DNA of 39,763 nucleotides from an uncultured Desulfobulbus sp. (GTDB lineage Bacteria; Desulfobacterota; Desulfobulbia; Desulfobulbales; Desulfobulbaceae): NCBI GenBank assembly GCA_964590715.1, contig CAZPXI010000001.1, positions 1 to 39,763 of the forward strand, read 5' to 3'. Shown piece by piece: positions 33,881 to 39,763 of this stretch (position 1 is its first letter; each line of letters starts with the position of its first letter). The notes under the pieces were generated by a model. It saw only the letters and a program-made list of their open reading frames with translations, ran no database searches and was not told where the DNA came from. The position numbers and the translations under genes were made by a program.

Positions 33881-33956
33881 AAAAAACAGCTTTGTCGGGA
33901 GGAGAGGGAGGGGAGGGGGGAGAGAAAAAGAATGAACGTTTGTTTTTATAACGCTC

Positions 33957-35597
33957 TTATACCTTAAATTGTTTTACCAGGGTTGTCAGCGCTCCGGCCA
34001 GCTCGTTGAGTTTCTCCGCCGATCCTGCCAGTTCCGTACTTGCGCTATTTATTGCCACGGACTCGGCATTGACCTCGGCAATATCACTGGCGACTTCTCC
34101 GGCAACAATGGAACTCTGGGCCACGTTTTCAGTGACTTCCTGGATGCCCTGCGAGGCCTGGCTGACGTTTTCGGAGATCTCCTGGGTGGTGGCGGCCTGT
34201 TCTTCAAGCGCGGTTGCAATCCCGCTGACAATCTCATTGACCTCATTGACGATATCGGCAATCCCGCCAATTTCCGTCACAGTTACCGAAGTTGACGATT
34301 GGATGGACTCGATATTTTCGCGAATATCCATGGTCGCCTCTGCAGTCTGCTTGGCCAGTTCCTTGATTTCATTGGCGACCACCGCAAAACCTTTACCGGC
34401 CTCTCCGGCACGGGCCGCCTCAATGGTCGCATTCAGGGCCAGCAGATTGGTTTGTTCCGATATCTCGGTTATGGTTTCAGTGACTTTGCCGATCTGTGTT
34501 GCCGCTGTTCCGAGTTCGTTGACCCGTTCCGATGCACGCTGGGACTGGCTGACGGCATTTTCGGTTATGGTCCTTGCATTTTCAGTGTCTTGCGTGATTT
34601 TACTTATGGTATTGGTCATTTCATGGACGGCCCCGGCCATTATTGAGACGTTGGTTGAGGTCTCTTCAACGGCAGCGGCAACCGAAGTCATATTGGCGCT
34701 CATCTCTTCGGCGGCGGATGCGACCGAGTTGGAGCGTCCGGACACGTCGTCGGAACTTTCAGAAACCTGACCGGCAATTTCAAGCACCTGTCCGGATGTG
34801 GAATCCAGGTTGCCGGCATCGGCATTCATCTGGCTGATCATTCGGCGGAGATTGGTCGCCATTGTATCAAGGCTGGAGCCGATTTTTCCGAGTTCATCGG
34901 TCCCGGAGATACCGGAAACAACCGTCAGGTTGCCCTCGCCGAATTTTTCAGTAAAGGTGTCTGCCTGCCGGAGTCGTGAAGTAATGGAACGGATAGCCAG
35001 AAAGGCGAAAATGCTGAAGCCGATCCCGATAACTACAAAGCCGATCTGCAGGGTGAGCAGGAACCGGACCGAGCCCTCAGCCTGTTGCTGCATTATGCCC
35101 ACGGCTTTGTTCATCTCTTTTAGCAGCACCACATTGTTTGTGGAGAGCCATTCCAGTTCCTGCAGGGTGTTTTTCCCCTGCAGCACCTTTTCGATCAAGG
35201 GTGGAAACTGTTTCCATAGGCTGCCCACATTGTTCAACTGGCTCAAGGCCGGTTCCCGGGCCGCGGGAACCTGACGATACTCGGTGGTCTTCAGGTCAAG
35301 GGACAGGGGGGCCTTGCCGGAACGGGTCAGGGCGTCCAGGGTCATGGCAAAGATTTTCATGGTACTGCGAACCTGAGCCGCAGCAGCATCAGCTTTTTTA
35401 TTCTGTTGCGACAGCCACATGAAATGATGAAGTTCCTTTGACATTTTCTGGCTGAGCATTCTCTGCCGCCCGGCAAGATTTATCAACATGCCGTCATCTT
35501 TCTGCTTCTGGGTTACATACAGGGTTGCCAGGAACATCAGGATAATGATGCCGGCAAAGGAAAGCACAATCATCTTCAGCTTAAAATTAATACTCAT
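33957..35597 (-). CDS. Methyl-accepting chemotaxis protein with a PilJ/NarX-type N-terminal sensor
   Basis: [18 protein letters not shown] (PilJ-type periplasmic domain), a second TM segment, HAMP, and the highly conserved signalling hairpin [38 protein letters not shown] at 35597 (MSINF) preferred over the track TTG 35609. Confidence 0.9.
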   Translation of the reverse strand: MSINFKLKMIVLSFAGIIILMFLATLYVTQKQKDDGMLINLAGRQRMLSQKMSKELHHFMWLSQQNKKADAAAAQVRSTMKIFAMTLDALTRSGKAPLSLDLKTTEYRQVPAAREPALSQLNNVGSLWKQFPPLIEKVLQGKNTLQELEWLSTNNVVLLKEMNKAVGIMQQQAEGSVRFLLTLQIGFVVIGIGFSIFAFLAIRSITSRLRQADTFTEKFGEGNLTVVSGISGTDELGKIGSSLDTMATNLRRMISQMNADAGNLDSTSGQVLEIAGQVSESSDDVSGRSNSVASAAEEMSANMTSVAAAVEETSTNVSIMAGAVHEMTNTISKITQDTENARTITENAVSQSQRASERVNELGTAATQIGKVTETITEISEQTNLLALNATIEAARAGEAGKGFAVVANEIKELAKQTAEATMDIRENIESIQSSTSVTVTEIGGIADIVNEVNEIVSGIATALEEQAATTQEISENVSQASQGIQEVTENVAQSSIVAGEVASDIAEVNAESVAINSASTELAGSAEKLNELAGALTTLVKQFKV

Positions 35598-36090
35598 TGA
35601 TATTCTCAAACGGTTAAAGGTGATATATTTGCAACAAGTTGCTGAAAAAACAGGAGGCCTTTAATTAAAGAACCTCGTTGGTTACTGTCATTGTGGCACA
35701 ATCAATGTGGAAGTCAAGGTGATTTTACAGGGAAAGCATTGAAAAACTGCGGGGAACAATCAATTGTTTTTCAGTGAACCTGAATCCGTGAGCGTTCATC
35801 CGCACCGCAGGGCGCATCAGGGTGAATTGTATTCGGAAAGTTGCAGTTTTTTATTATTTTTAAAGACAATGGATTACAACTATCAAGCAATATTTTGCGT
35901 CACGGATTCAGGGTGAAGAGAATAAACTGCGGAGGGAGTTGAACAACGGACCGGTTATTCAGGCCGACGAGCCGTAACCAATAGAGAATACGAATACCTG
36001 AATGATCCCGACAATCATTCAGGCGTATGGAAGTGGGACTCCCCGCATTTTTGGGGGAATCCCGCTTCTGTGCAGAGTCAATCGCGGTAC

Positions 36091-36276
36091 TTAGACCTCG
36101 GTGACGGTGATTGCACCTTCAGGACAGACCTCAACACAGGTCTCGCAACCCAGGCATTCATCCATTTCAACCGGCTCGGATTTCTCATCAACCAGCTCAA
36201 GAACCGAGGCCGGGCAGCTGTTCACACATTCCTCACAACCGGTACATTTGTCTTTATCAACGTCTACTTGGAACAT
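36091..36276 (-). CDS. 2x[4Fe-4S] ferredoxin
   Basis: 61 aa with CTGCEECVNSCP and CLGCETCVEVCP cluster motifs. Confidence 0.9.
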   Translation of the reverse strand: MFQVDVDKDKCTGCEECVNSCPASVLELVDEKSEPVEMDECLGCETCVEVCPEGAITVTEV

Positions 36277-36512
36277 ATCCTCTCCTCCAGTAAAATAAGT
36301 ACAAAAGGGGCTTCATTACCCACCATAATCGTGCATATGCATTAAATAAACGCATATGCCTTAGCTGTCAACAGACTTCACGGTCGCTGATATAAATAAT
36401 CGACAAATTGGTCCGGATACCTGTTTATAGAGCTAAGATAACAACAAAAAAAAATCAGGGAGTTTCAGGCTACAATTATCTGAATGTAAAACAAAACCAT
36501 GATAAACAAACG

Positions 36513-36800
36513 CTACTGGTCCTCTTCGGAAAAGATAAGCGCTGCACCTGTTGCCATGGCTTCAGCCGTTTTTCGACGGGCAGAGGTCAATATCCGTTGG
36601 ACCGTTCCTCTGGAAACGCCCATTTTTTCGCCTGCCTGTTCCTGGAATAATCCTTCATAATCACAGAGCTTAAGCGCCTCAAGTTCATCCCTGAACAGGG
36701 TTATCTGCTTCAGGTTGATCAGAGGGGTTCCCGTGGGTTTAAAGGCTCTACCACAGAAGTTCCCTTCACAACGTCTGATTTTCTTAGGTCGAGGCGACAT
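36513..36800 (-). CDS. DUF134 (UPF0251) putative DNA-binding protein
   Basis: MSPRPKKIRRC, FKPTGTPL, LFRDELEALKLCDYEGLFQEQAGEKMGVSRGTVQRIL matches the DUF134 pattern (an N-terminal RPR/K box followed by an HTH). Confidence 0.85.
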   Translation of the reverse strand: MSPRPKKIRRCEGNFCGRAFKPTGTPLINLKQITLFRDELEALKLCDYEGLFQEQAGEKMGVSRGTVQRILTSARRKTAEAMATGAALIFSEEDQ

Positions 36801-37238
36801 GGCTCTTGGTTATCATGTATTAATGTATTCCTTGAAAAAGAGTCTTTTCGCCGGGTAACCCGAAGGATTTTTTAGGCAAGAGGCTGTTTCGGACAGCTCC
36901 AATCCTGTTCTGTCAGGCCGGATCAACGACGAAAAATCAACTTGTTCAAGGGATCTCTGTTATAGTGCACAATGTACAGATAAATATACAATGGAACATG
37001 GAGCCTCTGCAAGGTATTAACTAGCATATTTCAGGGGAATCTGCTGCAGATAGCGCAGACTTCGGAGCCGGAAAGCACCGTGTCTCTTTCGTTACAGCAC
37101 CAAAAGCATTCTCGATATACTGAGAGTATGCCTGTGAGTGCTTTTGGCGCTGTGCCTCGAAGGTCTCACTACGTTCGCTATCTGTATCCACGGAACTTTC
37201 CGACTTTTCGCGACGACTCTTGTGGTAAAATATGCGGG

Positions 37239-37634
37239 TTAGTGACAGTTCGCATGCCCCGTGCAGGCTTGGTCGGCGCGGATAACCGGGAACTGTCCTT
37301 TCAGCATCCCGTCAACAACCGATCCGACGGTCTGCGCAGCATTGCGGTCTGCGTAGAACACCTCAATCCCCACCTCAACAAATCCCTGCAGGGGACGGGC
37401 TCCGATTCCGCCGACGACAATTGCTTCGACATCCTTGCTTTTCAGAAACTGCACCGGGACCATACAGCCGCCGGCCCCGTGTTCCTGATTTTCGATGGTG
37501 CCGACTTCGGATACTTCACCGTCCTTGACATTGATTACGGTAAACACGTCGCAATGGCCGAAATGATCGGAACGTGCGGCCTCAAGACCGCCGGGGTTAT
37601 TGGATGGGACGGCAAATACTAGTGATTTATTCAT
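37239..37634 (-). CDS. NifB/NifX/NifY-family (dinitrogenase FeMo-cofactor-binding-like) protein
   Basis: FAVPSNNPGGLEAARSDHFGHCDVFTVINV, VEAIVVGGIGARPLQGFVEVGIEVF is typical of the small NifX-like proteins that cluster with DUF134 and ferredoxins in anaerobes. Confidence 0.85.
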   Translation of the reverse strand: MNKSLVFAVPSNNPGGLEAARSDHFGHCDVFTVINVKDGEVSEVGTIENQEHGAGGCMVPVQFLKSKDVEAIVVGGIGARPLQGFVEVGIEVFYADRNAAQTVGSVVDGMLKGQFPVIRADQACTGHANCH

Positions 37635-38257
37635 TGTCTACGTTCTCCTTCTTAAATTAAAAGTGTCTGAAGCGCCATGCTTCAGAATTTTTTGTAAATA
37701 CATTTTTTTGTTCATACTATCATTTGTTGATACAGCAGATAATCCGACGCCTTGAGTGTGCATCCGGGGCGCGACTTTACGCTACTCTCTGCTTTTCTTC
37801 AGCCTTTTTTTTGTCGTTGCTGCCTGCTGAATGATCGGGCCGCCATGTCCATGCTGTCTTGACTGTGAACAAGAGAGCCTGTTGTTTAACCGGCAGATGC
37901 TTTGGCCCCGGCAAAAACAAAAAACAGGCTCTGACCTTTTGGTTTGCGCGTTGCAACGATGATCATGTTATTAGCGTATCTATCCGAAAATATATAAAAA
38001 AGTGTAGGTCGATTTTTCTTTTTGAGCATATGCACACGATATTTCTTTTCAGCACTGCTGTCAAGGTGGAAATGTTGACTGTTCTTGCACTTTGCAGGAG
38101 GGATCTCCGTCCGTGCAGGGATGATAATGATTGATGGGGCGGATCGCGGAGGGCATTCTTTTCCATGGACAACTCTCACGCGTTCAAGTATTTTAATAAA
38201 TTTTTAAAAAAAATTTTTATGCTGGATCAGTCCGCTTTCCGCCGCAAAGCATACACA

Positions 38258-38830
38258 ATGAAATATTTCATACACATTCTGTTCTGCCTGACAATGCTGT
38301 CCTTCCTGTTTCCCGCCGCACTTTTGGCGGAAAAGGCAAAGGAGCCGGAGTTGGTAGACATTATCATAACTACCTCCAAGAGCCATCTGCTGCTCTTTGC
38401 CACCGTTAAAAATGCCTTTACCGAGGATATGGTCAAGGGGGTTCACAACGGTATTCCAATCACCTTTAACTTCCACGTTGAACTTGATGCCGTGCGCAGC
38501 GGCTGGTTTGATTCCACCCTGATTGAAACCACCCTGACCCATACCTTACGCTATAACTCTTTTAAGGAAGAGTATGAGGTTGTCTTTTCGGAAAAAAAGG
38601 GAAAGGGCGTAACCACTCGTTCTCTCCAGGAGGCCGAGGATCTTATGGCCGAGGTCAGTGGTTTTCCACTCATTGAACGCAAAAAGCTGGTGCCGGATGC
38701 GCCGTATGCCTTGAAAATCAAGGCTACTCTGACCGAGACAACCCTGCCGCTCGGTATGCATTACATCCTGCCGTTTACCTCGTTCTGGAATTTTGAAACG
38801 GATTGGAGAACTATAGAGTTTCATTATTGA
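38258..38830 (+). CDS. DUF4390-like secreted protein (start uncertain)
   Basis: A signal-peptide-like MKYFIHILFCLTMLSFLFPAALLA is followed by LLLFATVKNAFTEDMVKGVHNGIPITFNFHVEL. It sits directly upstream of an NtrY-like kinase, as DUF4390 genes usually do. The track start 38165 adds 31 residues with no RBS support. Confidence 0.65.
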   Translation: MKYFIHILFCLTMLSFLFPAALLAEKAKEPELVDIIITTSKSHLLLFATVKNAFTEDMVKGVHNGIPITFNFHVELDAVRSGWFDSTLIETTLTHTLRYNSFKEEYEVVFSEKKGKGVTTRSLQEAEDLMAEVSGFPLIERKKLVPDAPYALKIKATLTETTLPLGMHYILPFTSFWNFETDWRTIEFHY

Positions 38831-38993
38831 TGGACTCGTGAAAAGTCTTCGATACCGTCACCTCGCTGAGATCCATGCATTAGAATTACAGGACCTCAGC
38901 CTTTGCGGGAATGATAAAAAATAAGAGAATTTTCGTTTTTACGAATCCATCAGTCTCTGTACGTATAAAAAAATCCTTTCTCCGGGCCCAGGC

Positions 38994-39763
38994 ATGCTCA
39001 CTCAGGAACAGAAAAAAAAGAAGCAACGGCTTATCCGTTATGTAATTATTTTCTGCGCCCTGCTTATCCCGGTGCTGGGCTACGTGCAAAGCGGTCTGCT
39101 CAAGGGGGAGACCTCTCTGCCGATCTCGAGCACGGTGCTCATCTTCGCCCTGATCAACATCAACGGGCTCCTGCTCCTGCTCATGCTTTATCTGGTTCTG
39201 CGGAATCTGGTTGAGCTTATCTTTGAACGCAAACAAAAGATACTTGGCTCAAAGCTGCGAACCCGGCTTGTCATTTCTTTTATCGCCCTGTCGCTTGTCC
39301 CCACCATCATCCTATTTCTTGTTTCCCTGCGCTTTGTTTCCACCTCCATGGATTACTGGTTCAACTCAAACGTTGAAGACTCGCTGCAGGCATCACTGAA
39401 ACTGGCCCAGACTTTTTATCATGACATTGAGAAACGGGCTGAGAACATGGGCAGGCAGGTTGCCCTGCTCATGGAAAACGGCAAGGTCCGGACCGACGAT
39501 ATCAATGCCCTGCAGCAGCTCTTTGAGCGAACCCTTGCCATTGCCCCTCCGGGCGCCCCGGACGGGCTCACTCTGCTTGACGGCAATCGCAAGGAGCTTG
39601 TCATGGTGCGTGGCCCCCGCCTGCTCTCCATTGTCCTGCCGGCCATACCCACTGAGGCGGTACGTCAGGCCCAGGAGGAGGGGCAGGCGAAAATCGTATC
39701 GATGAACACCATGATCGGTGAGCTGGTCCAGGCCATTGTTCCCATTCACCTGTCAACCGATGA
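38994..39763 (+). CDS. NtrY-like sensor histidine kinase, N-terminal membrane/sensor part (runs off the window)
   Basis: Open frame from ATG 38994 to the window end, absent from the track because it has no stop. Encodes MLTQEQKKKKQRLIRYVIIFCALLIPVLGYV, INGLLLLLMLYLVLRNLVELIFERKQKILGSKLRTRLVISFIALSLVPTIILF, the typical NtrY N-terminus. Confidence 0.8.
   Translation, partial: MLTQEQKKKKQRLIRYVIIFCALLIPVLGYVQSGLLKGETSLPISSTVLIFALININGLLLLLMLYLVLRNLVELIFERKQKILGSKLRTRLVISFIALSLVPTIILFLVSLRFVSTSMDYWFNSNVEDSLQASLKLAQTFYHDIEKRAENMGRQVALLMENGKVRTDDINALQQLFERTLAIAPPGAPDGLTLLDGNRKELVMVRGPRLLSIVLPAIPTEAVRQAQEEGQAKIVSMNTMIGELVQAIVPIHLSTD

Noticed and set aside
34006-34770. 254-aa plus-strand Ala/Ser/Thr-rich ORF, plus neighbours 33969-34295, 34299-34646 and 34798-35274.
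   Set aside because: They are the antisense mirror of the MCP signalling domain, whose highly conserved hairpin motif is on the minus strand.
37080-37622. 180-aa plus-strand ORF.
   Set aside because: It is antisense to the NifX-like gene and has no motif support.
37859-38179. Overlapping ORFs of 91 aa (+), 97 aa (-) and 69 aa (-) in the NifX-like/DUF4390 intergenic region.
   Set aside because: They exclude one another. No RBS, AT-rich low-complexity translations and no motifs. Treated as a non-coding promoter region.
38886-39749. Minus-strand ORFs 38886-39236 and 39393-39749, and plus-strand ORFs 39211-39399 and 39421-39705.
   Set aside because: All overlap the open NtrY-like reading frame (38994 to the window end), which has convincing transmembrane and NtrY N-terminal features.
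1-39763. CRISPR arrays, transposases, integrases, and rRNA or additional tRNA genes.
   Set aside because: No regularly spaced direct repeats with unique spacers were seen. No DDE, tyrosine or serine recombinase motifs appear in any long ORF. The only RNA gene recognised is the partial tRNA-Asp.

Overview
About 27 kb of this window (bp ~100-27,470) is a genomic island next to a tRNA-Asp gene. It encodes a complete, capsid-less contractile injection system of the extracellular CIS type (Afp/PVC-like, phage-tail derived). About 20 co-directional, often overlapping genes are present: an oversized sheath, tube, two unknown genes in the chaperone and tape-measure slots, a DUF4255 cap, an Afp15-like AAA+ ATPase, a tube initiator with a separate LysM/gpX-like ORF, a spike split into gpD-like and gpV-like proteins, gp25, two baseplate-J paralogues, a gpI-like protein, a 1140-aa beta-helix fibre candidate, an unknown protein with an Ada-like zinc motif, and a DUF4157 cargo protein with two HExxH motifs. 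No capsid, terminase, lysis, integrase, PAAR or T6SS membrane-complex genes are visible. The island ends at a degenerate copy of the tRNA-Asp 3' end (bp ~27,438-27,472). Two in-frame TGA codons stand out. One splits the DUF4157 cargo gene. The other replaces the first Cys of the metal-binding CxxC motif of a MerC-family membrane protein just outside the island, making it a strong selenocysteine candidate. The remaining ~12 kb is ordinary housekeeping typical of an anaerobe, possibly Desulfobacterota-like (low confidence): era, an RNB exoribonuclease, rfbC/rfbB, a PilJ-type MCP, a ferredoxin, DUF134, a NifX-like protein, DUF4390 and a partial NtrY-like kinase. All family assignments come from motif recognition by eye; no database searches were run. 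Coordinates I derived myself (hairpins, repeats) may be off by 1-2 nt.
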